From Macrostomum lignano (taxonomy: Eukaryota): a DNA stretch of 64,000 bases. The stretch covers positions 124,001-188,000 of the forward strand of contig NIVC01000283.1 in assembly GCA_002269645.1 (NCBI GenBank). The letters run 5' to 3'. Positions 35,376 to 46,130 of the stretch are shown here, one piece after another; position 1 is the stretch's first letter, and each line of letters starts with the position of its first letter. Under the pieces are notes generated by a model. The model saw only the letters and a program-made list of their open reading frames with translations. It did no database searches and was not told the origin of the DNA. The position numbers and the translations under genes were made by a program.

Positions 35376-36122
35376 GAAGACCAATACTGTCAGAACCGGT
35401 TCATATTGTTATCGAAATGTTCATTATAATTATCAAATATAAAAAAATGCATTCTACAATATTCCACATCTATTCCACGACGGGTAATCATGATTACTCG
35501 CTCAGCAATCTACTCTAATAAGTAGTATCGTAGGCTCTGTATACGACAATATTATTTGGAACAGATATAGAAGCTCAGGCACTGGTTCGATCACCAGGGG
35601 TTTTGCTTATCTCAATATACTGCCATCCAGACTGCCACTTCACAGCCATTCAGGCGCTGCAATTGCGGACTGAAAGCAGCACACTGAGTCAGCCACTTAG
35701 CTCTATGCACATTGAATACTGCAAATAAAGAAGCCAGAGGTTCACCCATGCATCAGCTTTCCCATGCATCAGATCTCTCATGCATCAGATCTCCCATGAA
35801 CGCTATCCATGCGTCGCACGCTATGGATGAATAATACTGAAAATGATCGACTGCAACACGGCCCGGAGCTAAACAAAAAATGATGCAGCACAAATTCTAT
35901 GGCTTGCCTTGCAGCCTTCACGCTTTCAGCTTCGCTTGCATTGTCTCGGAAGAGGAAACAGAAACCCACCGGTGATACCCCCCCAAGGCTTAGATTGCAT
36001 AGCAACATCTGAAAATGAATCCTGCCCATACGTTAATAAGCAAATATAAAGTAGGATAGAACTTGGGGAGAGCAGCCAGACGTCTCCTGCTTCCTTACAC
36101 TTCTGTGACACACAGCTGAGCA

Positions 36123-37148
36123 ATGCAGATCTTTGCTTTCATTTTCTTGCTTTTGGCAGCTGCCGCTGCAGTTGCGCAATCCCGTGTGAGCTGCCACAGA
36201 CGCTGGTGCCAGTACCGGATGCCGCACTGCCTCGACGAGACCTCGGCGCTGACTCGATGGAGCTCGCAAAGCCTGCAAGCCTGCGTGTTGAAAGCGAGCA
36301 GCGAGCCTGACGACCTGGTGCTTGAGTGGAACAAGCAGACAGGTGTGTGCTCGCTCTTCCACTACCAGCAGGTGTGTCGCACGATGCAGGCAAGCGGTGC
36401 CGTCGCGATCGGAGCTGGGGCTGCAGTGCAGCAGTCGCAGTGCTCGGTGTATCGCGCGTTGTCGTTGGCGAGCTGCGACGCCTCGCTCGACGCTCAGCTG
36501 GTGGGCGTGTGGCTGGCAGGTGGGAGCAGCCGGTTCAGCAACCTGGTGTGCCAGAGCGACAGCGGCGGCGGCGGCAGCCACCGACTGGAGAGCGCGAACC
36601 TGCAGTGGACTGAGGAGGGCGCCCGCTTCGACGGGACATCGTCGTACGCGCTGCTCAACGACAGCCGCTTCGTCTCGAGCGACCCGTCGGCCAGCTTCAC
36701 ATGGCTGATGAGGCTCAAGAGGGAGCCGAGGATTCAGCCCTTCATGGAGGCTGTGCCCTGCTCGGATTATTCTACACTCGGACCTCACCTGTGGGAGTTC
36801 GATGCGATTGGAAGGATGTACTTCAGCACCATTAGCACCACTGTTAACCGGCATTTTACGATGCTCTCTAATTTGAACGCAATTTCTGCCAACGCGAGCA
36901 CAATGATTGACATCGGAGTCTCCATCGGATCAAGCCAGTCGTTCCATGCCTTCTACCTGAACGGAGAATTTATCAGCACAGCTTCAGGCTCGAACGATAG
37001 GACTTCGTTCCCGTGCTACATCGTGTCTGTTGGCCGCCGGTTCGCTGAGGGCGGCGCCTTCCTGCAGGGAGTGGTGCGGGCTGTGGCCATCGCCAACGCC
37101 TCGCTGACTAAGCAGCAGATGAGAGACTTCTTCAGCAGCGTGCCGTAG
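36123..37148 (+). CDS. Secreted protein, copy A: signal peptide + Cys-containing PAN-like region + LamG/ConA-like (Laminin_G_3-type) domain, 341 aa, intronless
   Basis: Hydrophobic N-terminus. ARFDGTSSYA...FYLNG...VGRR...FLQGVVRAVAIANASLT is a LamG/pentraxin-like signature. It is a paralog of three other copies. Confidence 0.85.
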   Translation: MQIFAFIFLLLAAAAAVAQSRVSCHRRWCQYRMPHCLDETSALTRWSSQSLQACVLKASSEPDDLVLEWNKQTGVCSLFHYQQVCRTMQASGAVAIGAGAAVQQSQCSVYRALSLASCDASLDAQLVGVWLAGGSSRFSNLVCQSDSGGGGSHRLESANLQWTEEGARFDGTSSYALLNDSRFVSSDPSASFTWLMRLKREPRIQPFMEAVPCSDYSTLGPHLWEFDAIGRMYFSTISTTVNRHFTMLSNLNAISANASTMIDIGVSIGSSQSFHAFYLNGEFISTASGSNDRTSFPCYIVSVGRRFAEGGAFLQGVVRAVAIANASLTKQQMRDFFSSVP

Positions 37149-38009
37149 ACTTTTAAGTCCGAATAAATTTTACGCTTGTATCAATAAGAGCTTTTGAATA
37201 GCTTCGTTAATACGAGTACTTTGGTACTGGATTGAGTCTTTATAGTCAGCTCGTACATGGTTTGACTGTTTTTTTATTACAACACTAGGGGCTTATCAGG
37301 ATAATAACATCTTATAACCGCTTTTTGTGCGACAACAGTTTTTGAATCATAAATAAAAAAACAGTCGATGTTTGAACCGCTTTGAATTCCAAAATGGTCT
37401 CTTTACCTATATTGATAAACATTTCTGGAGGAGTGACATCGAATTCAGAGTGGGTGACAGATTGACCTGCGAGTGGAATGAGAAATTAGCTTCTAAACAT
37501 AAGTCAGGATTTTAACCTGAAAGTTCTCACGACTTGTGTAGGAGAAAAAAGCTGAATTTAAACAATAAGTCATGTTAACAGAGTTACAGAGGCCGGCAGG
37601 AACATGAATCATTGTAATAAGTTGTGTGAAGTTGTCATAAGATGCTTCTTTCTCCTCGCTGACACATGCAGTCGTGCGTTGCTCTGGAGTGAGACCAACC
37701 TAGCAGGCACATGCTTCCGCTGCAGATCACGGACCAGTGATCTTATGAATGGTGATCTTGAATATTAACACAGTGTCTTCTGCAAGCTCTCACGCCTTTC
37801 AGAAGTCCGTTGAAGACGCGGCAGATTTGACTTCGGGACACTGTCCACAGCCTGTTGGACATCCCGCATGTGCTTTAGTCACTCCAACGCTGATTTTCCT
37901 GATTTGAAGAAGTCTGCAACTTCTCTTTGTTTCACCATTTCTTGATAGTGTAAATAGATGGCTTGAGATAAAAAGATTAAAATGATGAATTGATGAACAG
38001 ATATGTTGC

Positions 38010-38139
38010 TCTATTAGTGTGTGGTAATTTTCAAATCACTGTGAAGCAATCTGTGGAGATAAGTGTATTGCTCAAGGACACAAATTGTTCTATGGGGATC
38101 GGGAATCGAACCCCGACCCTCTATAACCACTAGGCTACA
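38010..38139 (-). mobile_element. tRNA-derived SINE remnant
   Basis: The minus strand has an A-box TAGCCTAGTGG and a B-box GGTTCGATTCC with shortened spacing. These are followed by GTGTCCTTGAGCAATACACTT, a motif resembling the conserved central domains of animal SINEs. Confidence 0.45.
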
Positions 38140-40009
38140 ACCTCTCTTAAAGTGCATGGGCTCCACGTGCATTTAGTCAAGCTTACGCTCAAAGATTAGT
38201 AGCTAAAGATGCAGAAGTAACTTTTTGTTTTTGACATGAAAGTTTCTGTCTCATTTAGAGCATGGTGAGAGGGCGATACGAATAATTTCTCTGGTGATCG
38301 CACAGTGAGTTCAGATATTCCGGGAGAAGGGTTCGAAAACTACGGCTCTTACCAGTAAAACTTAATCATTTCAATTCACTTGCTTGTTGGAGAACCTGAC
38401 AATAAGTGCAGAACAAGAAGGTTCTGTGTAATAATTTAATCTTCATCTCTGTCTGATTACATTGCATTGGTATTTTAATTAATCTCTTCTTTTAGAGAAA
38501 GCTAATTTTTTGTTAGACCATTCGCATGCCCTTTAGTACAGACAATCTGTTCTATACCCAACAGTGAGTAGCAGGACTCTAAAGCTGATTCCAAGCTCAC
38601 TCTCAACACCAAGGCTGTAAATTGTGATACTGTGTGACTTTAGTTTATGGCAATACTCTTCTATTTAGTATGTAAGTATTGCAATATACACTGGCTTGTG
38701 GGCATGCAAGAATGCTGATACGCCAAGGCTAATGGGAGAATTGCTGAGATGTCAAGGCATACGGAGGGAATGGCTGAGATGTCAAGTCCACTATAATAAA
38801 ACTGTAAATTTTCTTATTAACTCTCACTAATCCATCCAAAAATAGCAGCTAAAAAGTAAACTTTAACAACATGAAGTCAAAAATTTATTTATTTTTCAAA
38901 AAAATTTAAACTTCGCAAATTATTTTGCTAGTAAGTAACTATTGTAGTTTGTAGATTTAAAATAGTATTAAAATAATTTTACCATATAGTTAACGCCATT
39001 TTGTAATGGGTAATGGCTTTCAGTTATATTATTTTCTCTGTCACCATTTTTTCAGTGCAGAAGAAGCCTTTTAAGGTCCTGGATCAGTTTCAAGGTCTTT
39101 CCTTTTCATCAGCTCGTTCAAAGTTCTATTATCATATGCTACTCGCAACTTTTTTAACCACTATTTAATAGTTTTGATTCACATTCTTATCATGCTACTG
39201 TTAGTAGGCGATCGCTTATGCATGTGCTCTGAATTTGCGTTACCTGCCGCTGTCAACGTCATTATTGCTCACGTGATCATTTGCTTGTTGATTATGCCGA
39301 GAAGCTTCAAGATGACCGACAAGCGAGGTGAGTCACCAAAACGACACTCTGTCGCCGCGCCGGCCTGGTCCGTCTATTGTGCCATCGGCGACTCCACTGA
39401 TGCATCTCCTGGACCTGTTGACTCTGCAGGCAACCTACCAACGAGCTCATACGCGAACCCCAATTCGATAGTTTTGTTGCTGAGTCTGATGGACTGCGCA
39501 GAATTCTGTTGTGGATTGGATTAGCCCTTCGAGTCTTGAAGACAGAGGGAAAGCCTGCGGTCGTTAGTGACTTCGTTTGAGAGTTAAGATATAGTTGCAA
39601 AAATCCAAGGCTAACATTGAAATTGCATGGAACAGTGAGGGTACGAATCTTTACATGTATCCTATATGTCAGGTCCGTACTGGACCATCATCATCCGTAA
39701 AATAGGAAAGTGATACTGATAGGATAAAAGTAGCGTCGGCGTCGATTCTATCTACACATTGCAGAAGCAAACACCAGTCCTGCCTTAACTGGCTTCTGTT
39801 GAGCAAACGCGCCAAGCAGCAACATCAAGCAAATAGTGAAAGCTAAAAGCTGCAGTGACTCCGAGAAACTGACTATTGCTCGAGCTAAATCCGCAACGTC
39901 TGCAAACAGACCGCTGATAAAACATGGAAGAAAGCCGAAAAACTCTCTCGGTACTGATAGCTTTGAGTCGTGAAACAAGTATTTTCTCTAATACACAGTA
40001 AATGGAAAA

Positions 40010-41035
40010 ATGGTTGCTGCACTGCCGGTAATTCTGTTAGCCTGGACTTCTGTAGCTACGGTTCTGACTGCAGGCTGCAGCAGACGCTGGTGCCAGTACC
40101 GGATGCCGCACTGCCTCAACGAGACCTCGGCGCTGACTCGATGGAGCGCGCAAAGCCTGCAAGCCTGCGTGTTGAAAGCGAGCAGCGAGCCTGACGACCT
40201 GGTGCTTGAGTGGAACAAGCAGACAGGTGTGTGCTCGCTCTTCCACTACCAGCAGGTGTGTCGCACGATGCAGGCAAGCGGTGCCGTCGCGATCGGAGCT
40301 GGAGCTGCAGTGCAGCAGTCGCAGTGCTCGGTGTATCGCGCGTTGTCGTTGGCGAGCTGCGACGCCTCGCTCGACGCTCAGCTGATGGGCGTGTGGCTGG
40401 CAGGTGGGAGCAGCCAGTTCAGCAACCTGGTGTGCCAGAGCGACAGCGGCGGCGGCGGCAGCCACCGACTGGAGAGCGCGAACCTGCAGTGGACTGAGGA
40501 GGGCGCCCGATTCGACGGGACATCGTCGTACGCGCTGCTCAACGACAGCCGCTTCGTCTCGAGCGATCCGTCGGCCAGCTTCACGTGGTTGATGAGGCTC
40601 AGGAGGGAGCCGAAGATCCAGCCCTTCATGGAGGCGGCGTCCTTTGATGATTTGCCACGAATGGGGCCTCACTTTTGGGAGTTTGGCGAGCCCCGTCAGC
40701 TGTATTTTCATCCGGTTGGGAGTCTGCAGCCCACCGTCTTTTCCGCCACAAACCTGCTGCCCAGCGAGAGTTCCGCCTGGATCAATGTCGGCTTTGTGCT
40801 GGGAAGCTCCCGAGTGGCTTCTCGGCTGTTCTTCAACGAGTCCTTTGTGCCGACCAGCTCAGCTGACAAATCGTTCAGCATGCCAAACCGCTGCTGTCGG
40901 ATGTACATCGGTCACAGGCCGAGACCTGAGGACTCTCTTTCTCGTTTATTAAGCGGAGTTGTGCGTGCGGTGGCCATCGCCAACAGGTCCATGAGTGCCG
41001 AGGAGATCCAGCAGTTCTTCAGACTCGTCGCCTGA
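40010..41035 (+). CDS. Secreted PAN-like + LamG-like protein, copy B (divergent C-terminal ~135 aa), 341 aa
   Basis: Core is near-identical to copy A up to IQPFMEA. The rest of the LamG half is distinct (GPHFWEF...LFFNES...IGHR...LSGVVRAVAIAN). Confidence 0.85.
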   Translation: MVAALPVILLAWTSVATVLTAGCSRRWCQYRMPHCLNETSALTRWSAQSLQACVLKASSEPDDLVLEWNKQTGVCSLFHYQQVCRTMQASGAVAIGAGAAVQQSQCSVYRALSLASCDASLDAQLMGVWLAGGSSQFSNLVCQSDSGGGGSHRLESANLQWTEEGARFDGTSSYALLNDSRFVSSDPSASFTWLMRLRREPKIQPFMEAASFDDLPRMGPHFWEFGEPRQLYFHPVGSLQPTVFSATNLLPSESSAWINVGFVLGSSRVASRLFFNESFVPTSSADKSFSMPNRCCRMYIGHRPRPEDSLSRLLSGVVRAVAIANRSMSAEEIQQFFRLVA

Positions 41036-41687
41036 TGCTGGAGCTATTTTTCTTGACGTCGATCTAAACTCAATTAATTTTATGTCTGAGAAATTTGATA
41101 AAAAAATTAGTATTGTTAAGTGACCTCTTGGACGCACCAAGATTTAATCTTTGGTCCCTGCATCAAGGATATGTCTTGAAGCTGTGCTTTTTTTAAAACA
41201 ACCTATTGTTTATTCATGAATAATTTTTGGAGAAATGTAAATTTTTTCTTACTTTCGTAGATGTGCGATAATAGTGTTATGATTGAAAGTGTGTTATGTA
41301 ATAGCCATACTGTCTTGAGTGCCATGTTACTGTTCAACATTACAGACATGGTTGTAGACAGATAATAAACAAGTTGTTTTTCTCCCAACCCGCTCACGCG
41401 AGGCGTTGTAAACTCGCTCATTCTATTTGCAGACTTGTGAGCAGGGAGAGAATGGGTGTCATGAGTGCCTGTCATGATCTATCCCAGACCCATCTCAACC
41501 TGAGTCTTCTACCCAGATTGAGGCTGACTCTGTACAGTGGTACTCTTAGGGCAGGCACTAAATATCATGCTGGGAGAAGACCCCGAGGCTGCATATCAGC
41601 ATCTGCAAAGTGTAACCATTTCTTGGACTAAAAAACTGAAGACAATAATTAGAAAAGAACACTGACCGATGCAAAATGAAGAAGGCA

Positions 41688-41802
41688 CGGATGCTGCACT
41701 GACTGAATGGGACCTCGGCGCTGAATCGATGGAGCTCGCAAAGCCTGCAAGCCTGCGTGTTGAAAGCGAGCAGCGAGCCTGACGACCTGGTGCTTGAGTG
41801 GA
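41688..41802 (+). pseudogene. Short fragment of the same gene family (core region)
   Basis: CGGATGCTGCACTG...GCAAAGCCTGCAAGCCTGCGTGTTGAAAGCGAGCAGCGAGCCTGACGACCTGGTGCTTGAGTGGA matches the shared core. The flanks are unrelated. Confidence 0.85.
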
Positions 41803-42315
41803 TCATCCTAGTAAGGTCACACTGTGTCACAACTATATGGTCATTGAAAGCTCCAGGCTCTTGACCTGCGAAGTACAACATTACTTCAGCATAAGCTTCC
41901 TTTTTTTCTCGTTATTTTTTTACAGGTAAGTCCTACTCTGTCGATTTTACAAAGAACTAGACTTTATTTACATTACATTTATCTTTTAGCAAATAGAGGA
42001 AATCCACCTTGGTAAATTGATCTCTTCGCAAGTTGCCGCATGCTTACACAGTACGAGCTATTTAACATCGAGTGTTGGATAGCGATATGACGTCTCAGTC
42101 ACGTGCAAAGGTGACGTCAATTTTTTACACTCTGTTTTGAACACTAGCCTGCAGTGCTACTTGACTAGAAAAGCTGCAAGCATGGCAGAAACTGTTTAAA
42201 AATCACTGCAGCACACGAAATTTCCTAGACAGTTTGTTGAAATGATTGATACAGGATTATCGTCTCCTGCTCCATGACTGAAACATTTTACGCAGCGGTA
42301 CAGAAGCAATTCAAT

Positions 42316-42510
42316 TTAGTAATGAGAACTTTCGATGGCCACAGTTTGCATGACGTCGTCAGGAAAACATTCTACAGGTCTACTCTCAGTAGCCAGAAAA
42401 AAGTTTTGGTTTTCTCGTAGATCTTTTAGGGTAAGTGCAAAAAAGTTGTGAATAGCTAAGTGATTGTAAGCTGGCAAAGAGTATGTGAGATCTAAACAGT
42501 CTCTGAGCAC
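42316..42510 (-). mobile_element. Possible CR1/L2-type non-LTR retrotransposon ORF2 3' remnant
   Basis: NFFAL...VECFPDDVM...ESS loosely resembles the CR1/L2 C-terminal FFxL...WNxLPxxVV motif. Confidence 0.3.
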
Positions 42511-43126
42511 GATGGAGCGATGAGGTTCTTGAACCTCGTCGAATGAATCAATCTAAGTTGCTCATCTTCACACAGCGCGCGCATCGGGACTCAAACGTGC
42601 TTGTAATATCGAATCATGAAGTGTCTACGCTGCTCAAGAACTCAAGGCTGGAGTTCTTCAAAACAGAAGACCGAAAAGACAATACAAGTTAAAAAGAAAC
42701 AATCTTTTAATTCATGGATTATACAGAAGCAAAAAATTGCATCGCAACAACAATAGATTCTGATTCACCCATGAAGCCACGGAAACTCTTCCGGTTTAAA
42801 AACTGTGCATCAACACTGCAACAGGCTTCTTCTCACACAATCACTGACAAAAAGCTTATTCAATTGACTGCATTGATTCCATTGTCTGCACGAGAGCTTA
42901 AAGCAATACAAGCGCAAGCATACGGAACTCCAAAAAAACAACGAAAAAGCAGCCGCCTTGATGGCAAAAAGAAGCCAACCAACCAACGGAAGTGCGGTGC
43001 CCACATTGTCAGATGATCTGGAAAAGCGTAGAAAATTGTCGAGAAGAACACAAGTTTTTTAAATCTACAATGGCAGAAAACTCTATAAAAGAAGTCGTTT
43101 CCCCGCATATCGCAAAGACTCAAACC

Positions 43127-44158
43127 ATGATGATGCTCTCTTCCTTGATGGTAATTCTGACTTTTGGTGCAGTCATTGGAGCCTCTGCAAGCTGCCGCAG
43201 ACGCTGGTGCCAGTACCGGATGCCGCACTGCCTCAACGAGACCTCGGCGCTGACTCGATGGAGCGCGCAAAGCCTGCAAGCCTGCGTGTTGAAAGCGAGC
43301 AGCGAGCCTGACGACCTGGTGCTTGAGTGGAACAAGCAGACAGGTGTGTGCTCGCTCTTCCACTACCAGCAGGTGTGTCGCACGATGCAGGCAAGCGGTG
43401 CCGTCGCGATCGGAGCTGGAGCTGCAGTGCAGCAGTCGCAGTGCTCGGTGTATCGCGCGTTGTCGTTGGCGAGCTGCGACGCCTCGCTCGACGCTCAGCT
43501 GGTGGGCGTGTGGCTGGCAGGTGGGAGCAGCCGGTTCAGCAACCTGGTGTGCCAGAGCGACAGCGGCGGCGGCGGCGGCGGCAGCCACCGACTGGAGAGC
43601 GCGAACCTGCAGTGGACTGAGGAGGGCGCCCGCTTCGACGGGACATCGTCGTACGCGCTGCTCAACGACAGTCGCTTCGTCTCGAGCGACCCGTCGGCCA
43701 GCTTCACTTGGCTAATGAGGCTCAGGAGGGAGCCGAGGCTTCAGCCCTTCATGGAGGCTCTGCCCTGCTCGGATTTTTCTGCATTCGGACCTCATCTGTG
43801 GGAGTACGATGCGATCGGAAGGATGTACTTCAGCACGATTAGTGCTACTGCCAACCGGCATTTCGAGATGTTTTCCAACTTGAACGCAATTTCTGCCAAC
43901 GCGAGCACAATGGTTGACATCGGAGTCTCCATCGGATCAAGCCAGTCGTTCCATGCCTTCTACCTGAACGGGGAATTTATCAGCACTGCTTCAAGCGGAC
44001 TGAAACACAGGACTTCGTTCCCGTGCTACATCGTGTCCGTTGGCCGCCGGTTTGCTGAGGGCGGCGCCTTCCTGCAGGGAGTGGTGCGGGCTGTGGCCAT
44101 CGCCAACGCCTCGCTGACTAAGCAGCAGATGAGAGACTTCTTCAGCACTGTGCCGTAG
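43127..44158 (+). CDS. Secreted PAN-like + LamG-like protein, copy C, ~343 aa
   Basis: Probable start CAAACCATG at 43127 gives the signal MMMLSSLMVILTFGAVIGASA. Core as in A and B; C-terminus is A-like. An in-frame upstream ATG also exists. Confidence 0.85.
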   Translation: MMMLSSLMVILTFGAVIGASASCRRRWCQYRMPHCLNETSALTRWSAQSLQACVLKASSEPDDLVLEWNKQTGVCSLFHYQQVCRTMQASGAVAIGAGAAVQQSQCSVYRALSLASCDASLDAQLVGVWLAGGSSRFSNLVCQSDSGGGGGGSHRLESANLQWTEEGARFDGTSSYALLNDSRFVSSDPSASFTWLMRLRREPRLQPFMEALPCSDFSAFGPHLWEYDAIGRMYFSTISATANRHFEMFSNLNAISANASTMVDIGVSIGSSQSFHAFYLNGEFISTASSGLKHRTSFPCYIVSVGRRFAEGGAFLQGVVRAVAIANASLTKQQMRDFFSTVP

Positions 44159-44664
44159 ACAATGTTTAAAACGTATCTTAAGGTCAATTTGAAGCTGCAG
44201 TAAAGCGTTCTGGATGGCCCTGGATGTACGCTCTCATCGAACAGATAGATTAACTAATTACTAATCAAAATGCAAAAAAGTGTTGTACGTTTTTTGTGAT
44301 GCTAGACTTTTTTAGTGAAAGTGGCTGGCAGAAAATATAGAAGATTTCTAAACAATTTCCCGAGTTTATTGGTTCGATATTTTTACACTCGCAATCTCGA
44401 TGACAGAAAGCGCTGGACAAGCGAGTCAAAATCGAATAATTTTTCAAAGCCAACAAGAAAACAATGCTGTGTATGAAAGCGTGCCTATCAGTTGTTGGCT
44501 ATTTGACATGTTTAACTTCTTTTTTGAAACTTCGAGTTTTAATTAAATAGACTTTTCAACCGAATCAGGTTGGAAAAACAGACACAAGAGAATAACTTAA
44601 TTATCAGCTAGCAAAAATCGCTGCACTTTACTTTTCAGATTTATATATAGGCTCCAGGCCATTG

Positions 44665-45626
44665 GGCCGGTGTCATTGTCATTATTAAGGCCGGTGTCAT
44701 TGCCTCTATTGCCGGTGTCATTGTCTCTAGTGCCGGTGTTGTCATTGTCTCTAGTGCCGGTGTCATTGTCTCTAGTGCCGGTGTCATTGTCTCTAGTGCC
44801 GGTGTCATTGTCTCTTGGGCCGGTGTCATTGTCTCTAGTGCCGGTGTCATTGTCTCTAGTGCCGGTGTCATTGTCTCTAGTGCCGGTGTCATTGTCTCTA
44901 GTGCCGGTGTCATTGTCTCTAGTGCCGGTGTCATTGTCTCTAGTGCCGGTGTCATTGTCTCTAGTGCCGGTGTCATTGTCTCTAGTGCCGGTGTCATTGT
45001 CTCTTGGGCCAGTGTCATTGTCTCTATTGCCGGTGTCATTGTCTCTAGTGCCGGTGTCATTGTCTCTATTGCCGGTGTCATTGTCTCTAGTGCCGGTGTC
45101 ATTGTCTCTTGGGCCGATGTCATTGTCTCTAGTGCCGGTGTCATTGTCTCTAGTGCCGGTGTCATTGTCTCTTGGGCCAGTGTCATTGTCTCTATTGCCG
45201 GTGTCATTGTCTCTAGTGCCGGTGTCATTGTCTCTAGTGCCGGTGTCATTGTCTCTAGTGCCGGTGTCATTGTCTCTAGTGCCGGTGTCATTGTCTCTAG
45301 TGCCGGTGTCATTGTCTCTTGGGCCAGTGTCATTGTCTCTATTGCCGGTGTCATTGTCTCTAGTGCCGGTGTCATTGTCTCTAGTGCCGGTGTCATTGTC
45401 TCTAGTGCCGGTGTCATTGTCTCTAGTGCCGGTGTCATTGTCTCTAGTGCCGGTGTCATTGTCTCTTGGGCCAGTGTCATTGTCTCTTGGGCCGGTGTCA
45501 TTGTCTCTAGTGCCACTGTCATTGTCTCTAGGGCCAGTGTCATTGTCTCTAGTGCCGCTGTCATTGTCTCTGGTGCCGCTCTCATTGTCTCTAGTGCCAG
45601 TGTCATTGTCTCTAGTGCCGGTGTCA
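44665..45626. repeat. 21-bp minisatellite (GTGCCGGTGTCATTGTCTCTA) between copies C and D
   Basis: About 45 tandem units. It is open in several frames because the unit length is a multiple of 3. Confidence 0.95.
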
Positions 45627-46130
45627 TAGGGCTGTCTCAAAAGTCACAAACACGCATAAATTTAAAATAGGGAATGATAGAAACTTTAAAAATCTGAAAT
45701 AAGAATCAATAAATTTGATTATGGGACGAGACGAAGTAATACGAGCTAATATGTGTTTTACTACTTTAAACAAACAGTCCGAGAATTTCGGACACAGTCG
45801 CAGAGTCCGTAGAGTCGCAAAACGGATACTCAAAATTCTTTTGACAACACTTAGGTCTCGAAAATGAGGTCGCAACGCCCTTGGTTAACAAAACGGATAC
45901 CACTGCGCTCACGATGCTGGGGCACACTGAAAACAAGCGTAAATAGAGTGATCTGACGAATATCAGAGAGCTAAGAATCTTGATCACCCACTGATACATT
46001 GAGTCTAAAAACCTTGCATTTTAACCTTTTTATGTTTTCAATTCTAAGGTTTCTTTTGGACACCAAAGCAGTATATACAAAATTATCAAAAAGTCTTTTA
46101 GACAGCGGGAGAATATTCGTCATTAAAATT

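Noticed and set aside
37400-37960. Possible mariner/Tc1 transposase relic on the minus strand
   Set aside because: Only vague peptide resemblance (LTPEQR-like), many stops, and no recognisable DDD motifs or TIRs.
38095-38139. tRNA gene
   Set aside because: A and B boxes are present, but the anticodon arm is missing and no cloverleaf can be formed. Treated as a SINE remnant.
39300-39600. Possible small spliced exon pair (GTGAGT at ~39328, CTGCAG at ~39429)
   Set aside because: No recognisable product, and the phase of the most protein-like frame does not match.
44597-45640. 347-aa (DNDTGTR)n ORF as an ice-binding or adhesive repeat protein
   Set aside because: It has no ATG or signal peptide in that frame, and several frames are open simply because the unit is 21 bp without stops. 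It needs transcript or peptide evidence.
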